Source: an uncultured Sulfurovum sp. | Lineage (GTDB): Bacteria > Campylobacterota > Campylobacteria > Campylobacterales > Sulfurovaceae | Length of the DNA stretch: 64,000 bases | Direction: 5' to 3' | Assembly (NCBI GenBank): GCA_964527805.1 | Contig: CAZGNT010000006.1 | Span: 1,540-65,539 of the forward strand | Shown here: positions 47,393-57,544 of the stretch, in pieces | How the letters are laid out: every line of letters begins with the position of its first letter | Numbering within the stretch: position 1 is the first letter of the stretch | Program-made: the position numbers and the translations under genes | Notes under the pieces: model-generated | Databases searched by the model: none | The model's input: the letters and a program-made list of their open reading frames with translations, nothing else | What the model was told of the DNA's origin: nothing

Positions 47393-48160
47393 ATGGGGTC
47401 AGCAAAAACAGAATTGGAAATATTGAATTATACAAAACTCATTGATCTGCAAAAAAACAAACAAAGGTCAAAAGCAGATTTTAGCGAGATTAGAACAAAT
47501 GATACAAACGGCACAAGGGAATTGATTCACAAAGTCAATATACTAGATGCAAAAGCATTACTCGATTTTGCATCTGCAGATACAAATATTGCTCCGAAAT
47601 TCAAACACTTATACGCAAATGACGAGTATAATTTTGGAACGGTTGAGCACCTGATAAACAATTGCGATATAAAGAATTTAAACAATATTACAACGATTAA
47701 TAATGAGTGGTATGATGAATGGAGCGATACACATCAAGTAGACATCATTGTATCTTCACAAACAGAGGATATAGAAAATATAAAATCTGCGCTCAAAAAA
47801 CTTTATAATAACAAACATAATAGAATTTATATCAATCTATCCATCAACAAACATTTCAGGGAAGAGATGATCCTGTCCCAACTAAAAAGGCATATCACTC
47901 CCAAAATTGACAATACACACATCGTAAACATACTAAAATCTATGGGAATTTGTGCTAAAATAGATTTTATTCATAGAGAAGATAAAAGATTTTTATCACA
48001 AACAGGTGATATATTTTTTGAAAAAGTACAATTAAGCCTAAAAGATCAAAGCGAAAACGAAAAAATGGATTTAAAAAAATATTTTGACAGAACCCATAAT
48101 TTTAAAAAAGATACAGCTTTTATCAAATGGGGGATATTATCTTTTGAAAACGGAAAATAA
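47393..48160 (+). CDS. hypothetical protein; apparent degenerate paralogue of MT-2 lacking the SAM-binding GxGxG motif
   Basis: 255 aa; AAGGA RBS. By-eye alignment to MT-2: 'LLDFASADTNIAP' vs 'VLDIGCGPGTLAIP', 'EWYDEWSDTHQVDIIVSS' vs 'SWEDDWSILPSVDIAVAS', 'ITPKIDNTHIVNILKSMGICAKIDFI' vs 'VTKPDFWYIPVLLYQHGYLPRIDYI', 'WGILSF' vs 'WAFISW'. Confidence 0.6.
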   Translation: MGSAKTELEILNYTKLIDLQKNKQRSKADFSEIRTNDTNGTRELIHKVNILDAKALLDFASADTNIAPKFKHLYANDEYNFGTVEHLINNCDIKNLNNITTINNEWYDEWSDTHQVDIIVSSQTEDIENIKSALKKLYNNKHNRIYINLSINKHFREEMILSQLKRHITPKIDNTHIVNILKSMGICAKIDFIHREDKRFLSQTGDIFFEKVQLSLKDQSENEKMDLKKYFDRTHNFKKDTAFIKWGILSFENGK

Positions 48161-48181
48161 CATTATTAAAACGGGAAAAAT

Positions 48182-49027
48182 ATGTTTAGATTAAACGACC
48201 AAGAATTATTAGAGTATATGAAAGAGGATGTACCATACCTTGATCTGACCACAACGCTCCAAGAGATGTCAGACAAAAAAGCCAAAATGCAGATCTTCAC
48301 TAGAGAAGATGTCATAGTAGCATGCAGCGAGGAAGCAGCGAGGGTAGCCCAGCTCTTTGGATGCGAAATACATTTTATGCTCCCTTCTAAAACAAAAGCC
48401 AAGCAGGGGGATGTTTTGATAGAGTTTGGCGGTAGCTATGAAAATGTCCAAAGCGCCTGGAGATCTACCCAACTAATATTGGAATATTCATGCAAGATAG
48501 CCACTTATGCTTACGAAATGAAACATGAAATGTCTACCATAAATCCTCATTGTGAACTCTTGGTTACCAGAAAACATTTTCCATTTGCCAAAAAGTTTTG
48601 CATCAAATCGATCATTTGCGGAGGAGCTATGCCTCATAGATTGGGCCTAAGCGAAACCGTTCTTCTTTTTGCACATCATCGCAAAGTCTATGCCAACAAT
48701 GAGGCATTTTACGAAGCTCTGCGGGATATAAAAACCAAAGCTTTAGAAAAAAAAGTAGTCGTAGAGCCAACGGATATGGATGATGCTATGGCTCTCATGA
48801 AATATGGAGCAGATGTATTGCAAATGGATAAAACCGACTTGACATCCCTTAAAAAGATCACATCGTACAGAGACGAGCACTACCCTCATATCAAAATACT
48901 CGGTGCCGGAGGTATCAATAAAAATAATGTCAAAGAATTTGTAGCAACCGGTATAGATGGTGTGGTTACAAGCAAGATATATTTTTGCGGCATGGCGGAC
49001 ATGGGAAGCAATCTAGAGATTATCTAG
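48182..49027 (+). CDS. modD: ModD protein (quinolinate phosphoribosyltransferase-fold, molybdenum-utilisation associated, function unknown)
   Basis: 281 aa; 'EDVPYLDLTT' N-terminus, 'RKHFPFAKK...GGAMPHRLGLSE', 'VEPTDMDDAM', 'GAGGIN..NV..F..TGIDGVVTS' QPRTase/ModD layout. Confidence 0.75.
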   Translation: MFRLNDQELLEYMKEDVPYLDLTTTLQEMSDKKAKMQIFTREDVIVACSEEAARVAQLFGCEIHFMLPSKTKAKQGDVLIEFGGSYENVQSAWRSTQLILEYSCKIATYAYEMKHEMSTINPHCELLVTRKHFPFAKKFCIKSIICGGAMPHRLGLSETVLLFAHHRKVYANNEAFYEALRDIKTKALEKKVVVEPTDMDDAMALMKYGADVLQMDKTDLTSLKKITSYRDEHYPHIKILGAGGINKNNVKEFVATGIDGVVTSKIYFCGMADMGSNLEII

Positions 49028-49063
49028 TAAAAAAATATATTTTTTGATACAATTGAAAAAAAC

Positions 49064-49666
49064 ATGGAACACATCACAATGGATAAAGAAACTAAATTAG
49101 AAGGCATTGCGGAAGCAACATCAAAAATATTAACGCTTTTGGGCGAGGATATCAACAGGGAAGGGCTGCTCAAAACTCCTATGAGAGTCGCTAAAGCCTT
49201 GGAATTTTTAACAAGCGGCTATCACGAAAATCCTCATGAAATTCTCAACGAAGCACTTTTTACTACAAGCAATGACGAGATGGTACTCGTGCGCGATATA
49301 GAATTTTACTCCATGTGTGAACACCACATACTTCCTATCATAGGACGAGTACATGTGGCATATATCCCGGATGGCAAGGTGGTGGGATTGTCTAAAATTC
49401 CTCGTATTGTTAATGTATTTGCAAGACGTCTTCAGATCCAAGAGCAGCTCACCGAACAAATAGCAGACGCTATAAGCGAAGTTATCAATCCAAAAGGGGT
49501 TGCGGTAGTAGTTCATGCGCGCCACATGTGTATGGAGATGAGAGGAGTTGAAAAGATTAACTCCACTACTGTTAGTTCGGCTCTTAGAGGGCTTTTTAAG
49601 AGCGACACCCGCACTAGAAATGAATTTTACAATCTCATTAATACCCACACGCCGTCAAACTTTTAG
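49064..49666 (+). CDS. folE: GTP cyclohydrolase I (type IA)
   Basis: 200 aa; '[14 protein letters not shown]', '[11 protein letters not shown]', 'HMCMEMRGV'. Confidence 0.92.
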   Translation: MEHITMDKETKLEGIAEATSKILTLLGEDINREGLLKTPMRVAKALEFLTSGYHENPHEILNEALFTTSNDEMVLVRDIEFYSMCEHHILPIIGRVHVAYIPDGKVVGLSKIPRIVNVFARRLQIQEQLTEQIADAISEVINPKGVAVVVHARHMCMEMRGVEKINSTTVSSALRGLFKSDTRTRNEFYNLINTHTPSNF

Positions 49667-49681
49667 ATAAAAGGGGCTTAG

Positions 49682-50329
49682 ATGCTGCAAAATATCTCTA
49701 AAAAATGGGTAAAAACTTTTGCTCTTTTATTGCCTCAAATTATACTAGCAAGTGATAACATTTCCCCTTTGGATGAATCAATAAAAAAAGAGATGAATGG
49801 TGTCAGCCATCATCGCGGGTGCCCCGTGGGGCTAAATGAGCTCAGGTTAGTCAAAGTGAAACATTTGGGATTTGATGGAGCGACCAAAAATGGAGAACTT
49901 GTAGTTCACAAAAGCATAGCCGATGAAGTGGTATCTATTTTTGACGAGCTCTACAAGATAGGTTATCCTATAAAACAAATATTACGCATCGATAAATTCA
50001 AAGGAAGTGATTTTGCCTCAATTGAAGCAGACAATACCTCTGCATTCAATTGCCGTAAAGCCACCGGCAGCGGCAAATGGTCTAAGCATTCGTATGGAAA
50101 AGCCATAGATATCAACCCTATCGAAAATCCGTACGTCTTTAGAGGCGGACGCACAGCTCACAAAGCTTCATACAAATATATAAACCGTAATATAAAAAAT
50201 ATTGATACACCCCAAGAAAAAGCCATGCTTTTGCCAAACAGCAAAGCCGTCGCAATATTCAAAAAATATGGCTGGCGTTGGGGCGGCGATTGGACAGTAA
50301 AAGATTATCAACATTTTGATAAACAATAA
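49682..50329 (+). CDS. M15-family zinc peptidase (VanY/LD-carboxypeptidase-like), secreted
   Basis: Signal-like N-terminus; 'SKHSYGKAIDINP' (HxxxxxxD), 'WGGDW...DYQHF' (second His). Confidence 0.78.
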   Translation: MLQNISKKWVKTFALLLPQIILASDNISPLDESIKKEMNGVSHHRGCPVGLNELRLVKVKHLGFDGATKNGELVVHKSIADEVVSIFDELYKIGYPIKQILRIDKFKGSDFASIEADNTSAFNCRKATGSGKWSKHSYGKAIDINPIENPYVFRGGRTAHKASYKYINRNIKNIDTPQEKAMLLPNSKAVAIFKKYGWRWGGDWTVKDYQHFDKQ

Positions 50330-50514
50330 ACTGCAGACTGCTGTATATCAAAAACTCTCATTTTATCACAGTGATGAAATTCTATGCACTCTTGCCTTCT
50401 ATTTTTAACTAAACTAGGAGTATAATTATCTTTTTTACATCTGCTTTTATAATAATTTAAGAATAAATGGTGTAATATCAAACTAATTAGGACTAATTTT
50501 GTCTTATTTATTAA

Positions 50515-51726
<1,212 letters not shown>

Positions 51727-51737
51727 AAGGTAATACA

Positions 51738-52700
51738 ATGGGAATAGATAGTTTGATAGGCGGTACTATTTGGGATCAGTACAGCGAAAAGGTAACATGC
51801 CTTATGAATAACCCTCAAAATATGGGTGAGATCACACAGGAACAAGCTGACGCAATGGGCGCCAAGCTAATTGTGGCAGATTTTGGTGCAGAAAGCTGCG
51901 GTGATGCTGTAAGGCTTTACTGGGCAGTAGATCCTAAAACAGATGTGATATTAGAGTCCAAATTCAAGAGCTTTGGGTGCGGTACAGCAATAGCAAGCAG
52001 CGATACAATGGCAGAACTCTGCAAAGGCAAGACTGTTGACGAGGCAGTTAAAATAACAAACATCGACGTCGAAAAAGCCATGAGAGACACTCCTGATGTG
52101 CCGGCTGTTCCGCCTCAAAAGATGCACTGCTCCGTAATGGCATATGATGTTATCAAAAAAGCAGCTGCACAATACAAAGGTGTAGACATGGAGAGTTTTG
52201 AGCATGAGATCATAGTATGCGAATGTGCAAGAGTAAGCCTATCTACATTACGTGAAGTAATCAGACTAAATGATCTTACATCCATAGAACAGATAACAGA
52301 CTATACAAAAGCAGGTGCATTTTGTAAATCATGTATCCGTCCAGGAGGCCATGAAGCCAAAGATATATATCTAGTTGATCTGCTAGAAGAATATCAAAAA
52401 GAAAAACTTGCAAAACAAGCTGACAGCAGCTATGATGCTCCATTTGCTCAAATGACAATAGTTCAAAGATTAAAAGCGGTCGAAAAAGTCATAGATGATA
52501 ATATTCGTCAAATGCTTATAATGGATGGTGGAAATATAGAAATACTTGATATCAAAGAAAATGGTGCAAATTTCGATATTTATATTAGGTACCTTGGAGC
52601 ATGTAGCGGATGTGCAAGTTCAAGTACGGGCACGCTTTTTGCAATCGAGAGCATTTTAAAAGAAAAATTAGATCAAAACATAAGAGTAATTCCTCTTTAG
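51738..52700 (+). CDS. nifU: NifU-type Fe-S cluster scaffold
   Basis: 320 aa; N-terminal IscU-like 'CGDA...FGCGTAIASS...MHCSV', central 'CECA...CKSC', C-terminal Nfu 'GACSGCASS'. Confidence 0.93.
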   Translation: MGIDSLIGGTIWDQYSEKVTCLMNNPQNMGEITQEQADAMGAKLIVADFGAESCGDAVRLYWAVDPKTDVILESKFKSFGCGTAIASSDTMAELCKGKTVDEAVKITNIDVEKAMRDTPDVPAVPPQKMHCSVMAYDVIKKAAAQYKGVDMESFEHEIIVCECARVSLSTLREVIRLNDLTSIEQITDYTKAGAFCKSCIRPGGHEAKDIYLVDLLEEYQKEKLAKQADSSYDAPFAQMTIVQRLKAVEKVIDDNIRQMLIMDGGNIEILDIKENGANFDIYIRYLGACSGCASSSTGTLFAIESILKEKLDQNIRVIPL

Positions 52701-52722
52701 TAGATAGGGCAGGCCCTATCTA
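52701..52722. terminator. GC-rich stem-loop between convergent nifU and small membrane-protein gene
   Basis: TAGATAGGGC-AG-GCCCTATCTA, a 10-bp palindromic arm (about 9-bp stem) immediately after the nifU stop; no clear U-tract. Confidence 0.5.
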
Positions 52723-52752
52723 TACTCACTCAAAATATATTAAACTAAATTC

Positions 52753-52980
52753 TCATTTAGAAACAAGCTTTTTAATACCTCTATATATACTTCTTACCAA
52801 AACATAAATTATATAAACAATAAATGTAAATACAAGCGGATGGATAGCTCCTAAGCCATAAGCTCCCGCAGCTGGTAGTGCCGCAATATGACTGACTGGA
52901 TGAGAAACCCACTCTTTAAAATGCATGCCGATCGCTAAAAATAAAAATATGCCTATGAATATATACAACTCTTTTTTCAT
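52753..52980 (-). CDS. small (75 aa) two-TM membrane protein, hypothetical
   Basis: AAGGA RBS about 10 nt before the ATG; two hydrophobic helices with a basic C-terminus 'RSIYRGIKKLVSK'. Confidence 0.5.
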   Translation of the reverse strand: MKKELYIFIGIFLFLAIGMHFKEWVSHPVSHIAALPAAGAYGLGAIHPLVFTFIVYIIYVLVRSIYRGIKKLVSK

Positions 52981-53050
52981 ACTTAATAGTCCTTATAAAA
53001 TATGCGGTATATTATCGAAAAAAGATTGAAAGATTTATTAGAAAATAATT

Positions 53051-53075
53051 ATTATCTGCCAAGGTGGCAGATAAT
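53051..53075 (-). terminator. terminator of psrABC-like operon
   Basis: Perfect 11-bp stem ATTATCTGCCA / TGGCAGATAAT with a 3-nt loop, 5 nt beyond the psrC-like stop; an AT/T-rich tail follows on the minus strand. Confidence 0.7.
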
Positions 53076-53079
53076 AAGT

Positions 53080-54318
53080 TTAGTGATGAGTATCACTATC
53101 GAGATTAAATAGTTTGGTTCCTACATAATATAAAGCCAAACATATACCCAAACCGCCCAAAGAAATCATAATTTCTGCAGCGCTTGGAAAATAATGCACC
53201 CATTCAGGAGGAAGCTGATAAAGCTCTTTTTTCATCATTTGAAGAGGTTTGAGCTGAGTATCGTGCACTAGATTGTAACGCATAAAGAATATCCCTATCA
53301 TACCGCTAAGAGATGCAAAAAATAATTTTTTTGTATCTTGGCCTTTGCTTTTTAAAATAAGATACAACGGGATAACCATGGCCAATATCACTTCTGCCCA
53401 AAAAGTCCAAGAGCCCAATATATGAATAGCAACTTCCGAACGATTTTCCATGCCGCCATATATATCTGTCAACATTTTCCATGTAACAAAGAAGATCAAA
53501 ATTGAAATAAGCAAACCTTGGATCTTTGCCAAGTTTGACAACATAGTTTGAACCTCTTTTGGAAAATTTATTTTATATCTAAAACCCATCATAATAAATG
53601 CTATAAAGATACCGGTAATAAAGGCTGTCAAGATAAAATATGTAGGATAAAACACGCCATTAGAGATAGTTCTAGCATTCAAAAACCCAAATACTCCGCC
53701 AAGGTTAGAGTGTGCTGCAAGCCCTACCAAAAGACCGATAAGCCCGAAAGTTCTTGCGCTTTTCATATCATTTTTAAGCAAAAATATAAACTCTATGATC
53801 ATAAAAGTAAGATACAAACCATAAAGCGTACCCATCCACCAAATAGCACTTGTAAGACCTGGGCTAATGACATTATAGATCAACATTGTTACCGGATGTC
53901 CAATCTCAAAAGCTATAACCGCAAATCCGGCCATAATGGTAACAATCGATCCGAATATCGCTCTTTTTGAGATTAGCATATAATCTTTAAACCCGAATAC
54001 ATCGCCCAAAGAACCCACTATACAAAGACCTGTTGAACTAACAACAAAAAAGATATATACAGCTATCAATAGTCCCCATGGATGTTCTCTTGTAACATTG
54101 TAAGCGTGATGCCCATGCATTAAATACATTAACACACCAATCACAAAAAGCCCCAAGAACAGCACAATGGTGCCTGCTATAATTTTATTGGCAGTCGTTT
54201 TTTCAAAAGAGAGAAGATCTTTGATCGTTATCTTATTATAAGGGATAGATGCAATGAACTCCTTTATGTCTTTTAACCTTAATTCTTTAATGTTAAATTT
54301 TTTAACTGTTTGTTCCAT
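53080..54318 (-). CDS. NrfD/PsrC-family membrane quinol-interacting subunit
   Basis: 412 aa, about 9-10 TM helices; AAGGAG RBS; directly downstream of the Fe-S and molybdopterin subunits. Confidence 0.8.
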   Translation of the reverse strand: MEQTVKKFNIKELRLKDIKEFIASIPYNKITIKDLLSFEKTTANKIIAGTIVLFLGLFVIGVLMYLMHGHHAYNVTREHPWGLLIAVYIFFVVSSTGLCIVGSLGDVFGFKDYMLISKRAIFGSIVTIMAGFAVIAFEIGHPVTMLIYNVISPGLTSAIWWMGTLYGLYLTFMIIEFIFLLKNDMKSARTFGLIGLLVGLAAHSNLGGVFGFLNARTISNGVFYPTYFILTAFITGIFIAFIMMGFRYKINFPKEVQTMLSNLAKIQGLLISILIFFVTWKMLTDIYGGMENRSEVAIHILGSWTFWAEVILAMVIPLYLILKSKGQDTKKLFFASLSGMIGIFFMRYNLVHDTQLKPLQMMKKELYQLPPEWVHYFPSAAEIMISLGGLGICLALYYVGTKLFNLDSDTHH

Positions 54319-54328
54319 ACTATTCTCC

Positions 54329-54892
54329 TTACATCACATAAAATAGTTTTGGTTTAGTGCCAAGATGTGTTTTGAGAGTAAAATGTTCTCTGGTTCTTAG
54401 CAATACACTTATTTCACTATTTGGATCATCAAGATCTCCAAAAATTCTCACTTTTGTAGGGCAAGTATTTTGACATGCTGTTGTAGTTTCTCCTCTAGCC
54501 AATCTAGTGTTTGAGCAGAAATTACATTTATCTACCGTCATTGTTCTGCTGTCAACAAATCTAGCATCATATGGGCATGCATTCATACAGTAGCTGCACA
54601 AAATACATTTATCGGGATCTACTCTCACTACGCCATTATCATCATAATAGGTTGCATGCGTAGGACATACCTCTTCACAAGGTGCTTCCTCACAATGTTG
54701 ACATTGACTTGGCATAAATGCAGCTGATGCAATATTTAAAAGCGGCCAAATCCCGTCAGGCTCATTGCCGCCAACCCAAATACGATGTTTTTCTGCGCCA
54801 AGCTCTATTCCATTTTCCTCTTTACAAGCCACTTCACAAGCTTTGCAATTAATACAATTTTTATAGTCTAAAGCCATTCCATAAGTTGCCAT
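54329..54892 (-). CDS. 4Fe-4S ferredoxin-type electron-transfer subunit (PsrB/PhsB-like)
   Basis: 187 aa; four Cys clusters 'CINCKACEVAC', 'CQHCEEAPCEEVC', 'CILCSYCMNAC', 'CNFC...C..C'. Confidence 0.88.
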   Translation of the reverse strand: MATYGMALDYKNCINCKACEVACKEENGIELGAEKHRIWVGGNEPDGIWPLLNIASAAFMPSQCQHCEEAPCEEVCPTHATYYDDNGVVRVDPDKCILCSYCMNACPYDARFVDSRTMTVDKCNFCSNTRLARGETTTACQNTCPTKVRIFGDLDDPNSEISVLLRTREHFTLKTHLGTKPKLFYVM

Positions 54893-54896
54893 TTTC

Positions 54897-57401
54897 TTAT
54901 ACCTTTCTTATTTCAACATTAGTTTCATGCATGGCAGATGCACCATATACGGGTTCTACAATATCTTCTATAACAGCATTATCATTCCCGCCATTTTTAT
55001 ATGCCCATGTAAGGGCATTACTCTCTGCTCCAAAGCCATGAATAAAAAATACTACATTTGGCGCAATCTGTTCAGTTGGATATGCTTTAATAGTCGTTTT
55101 GCCGGTTCTGCTGGAGACTTCTACATCATCTCCAAATTTTATACCCATCTCAGCTGCTACTCTTGCATTGATCCAAATATAGTTTGTATGCATCAAATCA
55201 TGTAAAGCAATATTATTTGCGGTACCACTTTGAGTAAACTGTGCATGACGGCCGGTAAGCAATCTAAATTTACCGCTAGGTACTTTAAACGCATATTCAT
55301 CTTTCCATATTGGCATAGGATCGGCTCCTTTTTCTGCCAAGTTGACTAGATTACATTCAACCTTACCGCTTGGAGTTATTGGAGCTCCTCCGTTTACAGT
55401 ATATGCTTTTTCTATTTCCGGATAGTGTTGGAATTCATTTACCGAAATTTGTTTATAAAACTGTTTCATATTCGGATAAAATACACCGTGTTCTTTGAGC
55501 GCATTAACAGCTTCTTCTCCATAAACTTCACTTACCATATGAGCATTTATCTCTTCTTGTGATTCCAAAAATGGTTTAGAGATATCGAATTCCGCAAACA
55601 CTTCCGCTTCTTTTTGTTCAGCAGTCAAAGCAGTGCTTGTTGCAGTTGCATTTGTATCGCTTGATACTGTTACATTCTCATCGCTAGTTGCCGCTGCTGT
55701 CGGAGTAAGATTTGCCAATGAATCTTGTACTTCCATATCATGCTTTTTAGTGATTTCGAACAGCGGTTTTGCCATTTTTTGAGTCAATCCTCTGAGTATC
55801 TCCATTACCGGTTTAGATTCGTACATAGGCTCAATAACCTTATTTCTTTGTGCGATTGACGGTTCTATGCCAGGAAATGTATTTACAGGATCCGTTCTCT
55901 CCAAATATGTACATTCAGGCAGTACTACATCTGCATACATAACTGTATCGCTAGGCATGGTATCTATAGCTACGACCAATTCCATTTTCTTTAACATTTG
56001 AGCAGTTTTTTTAGTATTTGGCATATTCATCATTGGATTATGCTTATATACGAACATGCCTCTTACTTTATAAGGCATTCTATTTTCTAAAAATCTATTT
56101 CTCCATGCGATCCATGAGCCGCTTCCTGTGGTTATTGCACAGTCATCATAACCTATTTTACCATTAGCTCTAGTAACTTGCTGAACTGCGCGGGACTGAG
56201 CTTGAAAGTACATCGGTTCAAGCGATTCATGGCTGCCAAGATCTAATTTCTTACCAAATACAAGTCCGCCTTTGGTATCTATACCGCCGCCCAAAGCTTG
56301 AAAAATTGCCATTGCGCGACGAAGCTGAAAATCATTTGTAGCAAACGTACTTCTGCGGCCCGGATAATAGATGGCCTTTGGAGCATGTTGCATGAACTCT
56401 CTTGCGATTGCGTATATCTCTTTTGCAGGTATAGCTGTAATTTTCGATGCCCACTCCGGTGTATATCCATTGCTTATAATATGATTTTTATAAACTTCAA
56501 AATCATTGAAATTTGCTTCAACATACTCTTTATTATAAAGTTCCTCTTTGAGCACTACATACGTCAAAGCCAACACAAAAGCCAGATCCGTTCCCGGATT
56601 TATAGGTAACCATTTATCCGATTTTGCAGCAGTATTGGTAAATCTGGGATCTATACAGACCAATTTAGCACCTCTGCCTTTTGTTCTTTTAAAAAGCGTC
56701 ATAGTATCAGGGGTTACAATAGCTTCGGCCCTATTAGCTCCTGCCATAATAACATAAGTAGCATTTTTCATATCAGCTGCCGGATATGCGCCTAGCGTAA
56801 CTCCGTAAGCCGAAGATACAGTTTGTAAACAAATTGAAGCGTGATTCAACCAGTTTGTCGAACCAAAGGCAGAATAAAATGTTTTAAATGTATGTTCAGC
56901 CATTCCTTCGCCCGCACAAAATAAGAATGAAGAACGATTATCTTCTTCTTCATCAAGTATTTTTGCAACGCCGGGAAATTTGTCAGTACCGTTTAAAATC
57001 GCATTATATGCTTCGTCCCATGTTACTCTTTTAAATTTACCTTCTCCTTTTTCTCCGACACGGATCATAGGATATTTCAATCTATCCGGATCATAAAGTG
57101 CTTGTATGCCCGCATTCCCCCTTGGGCAAAGCATATTTTTTGATTTTGGAAACATTGGATTTGGATCTAACTTGGTAATAACACCGTCTTCAACTCTTGC
57201 AATTGCTGCACATTTATTTACGCACATTTCACATAATGTTGGAACAAACTTTGCTTTCCCAGTGCCAGTTTTTGTCATCACCTCTAGTTCCCGCTCTTCT
57301 TCTTTGCCAAGAAGAGATGTAACACCAAATGATGTTCCCCCTATCACACTCAGTGCGACACTTCCTTGAAGGAATCTTCTTCTAGAAACCTCTACCCTCA
57401 T
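54897..57401 (-). CDS. Tat-exported molybdopterin oxidoreductase catalytic subunit (PsrA/PhsA polysulfide/thiosulfate reductase family)
   Basis: 834 aa; twin-arginine signal 'SRRRFLQGS', N-terminal 4Fe-4S 'CEMCVNKC...CPRG', MopB and C-terminal molybdopterin dinucleotide-binding regions; AGGAG RBS. Substrate cannot be assigned from sequence. Confidence 0.85.
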   Translation of the reverse strand: MRVEVSRRRFLQGSVALSVIGGTSFGVTSLLGKEEERELEVMTKTGTGKAKFVPTLCEMCVNKCAAIARVEDGVITKLDPNPMFPKSKNMLCPRGNAGIQALYDPDRLKYPMIRVGEKGEGKFKRVTWDEAYNAILNGTDKFPGVAKILDEEEDNRSSFLFCAGEGMAEHTFKTFYSAFGSTNWLNHASICLQTVSSAYGVTLGAYPAADMKNATYVIMAGANRAEAIVTPDTMTLFKRTKGRGAKLVCIDPRFTNTAAKSDKWLPINPGTDLAFVLALTYVVLKEELYNKEYVEANFNDFEVYKNHIISNGYTPEWASKITAIPAKEIYAIAREFMQHAPKAIYYPGRRSTFATNDFQLRRAMAIFQALGGGIDTKGGLVFGKKLDLGSHESLEPMYFQAQSRAVQQVTRANGKIGYDDCAITTGSGSWIAWRNRFLENRMPYKVRGMFVYKHNPMMNMPNTKKTAQMLKKMELVVAIDTMPSDTVMYADVVLPECTYLERTDPVNTFPGIEPSIAQRNKVIEPMYESKPVMEILRGLTQKMAKPLFEITKKHDMEVQDSLANLTPTAAATSDENVTVSSDTNATATSTALTAEQKEAEVFAEFDISKPFLESQEEINAHMVSEVYGEEAVNALKEHGVFYPNMKQFYKQISVNEFQHYPEIEKAYTVNGGAPITPSGKVECNLVNLAEKGADPMPIWKDEYAFKVPSGKFRLLTGRHAQFTQSGTANNIALHDLMHTNYIWINARVAAEMGIKFGDDVEVSSRTGKTTIKAYPTEQIAPNVVFFIHGFGAESNALTWAYKNGGNDNAVIEDIVEPVYGASAMHETNVEIRKV

Positions 57402-57480
57402 TTGTACTCCTAGATAATTAAAGGTTAAGCTTAAATAAAACTTAATATAAAATTAGCATGTAATAAGTAAGCTTTAGACG

Positions 57481-57488
57481 ATTATACA
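57481..57488 (-). promoter_or_regulatory. extended -10 promoter element (TGTATAAT) upstream of psrA-like gene
   Basis: The minus-strand sequence cttGTATAAT contains a perfect TGnTATAAT, about 80 nt upstream of the psrA-like ATG. Confidence 0.4.
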
Positions 57489-57544
57489 AGATTTAACTTA
57501 TGATAAACATAAATTACACTTATTTTCTTTAGTTTTATCGTCAT

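Noticed and set aside
49030-49045. Perfect 16-bp all-A/T palindrome AAAAAATATATTTTTT after modD.
   Set aside because: An A/T-only hairpin is too weak to be a credible terminator, and such sequences are expected by chance in AT-rich spacers.
49064-50329. folE (and the M15 peptidase), co-directional and close to modD, considered as functional parts of the Mo island through a pterin link.
   Set aside because: Moco biosynthesis branches from GTP via MoaA/MoaC, not via GTP cyclohydrolase I. Both genes are ordinary housekeeping types. Co-transcription is possible (36-nt and 15-nt gaps), but a functional link is unsupported.
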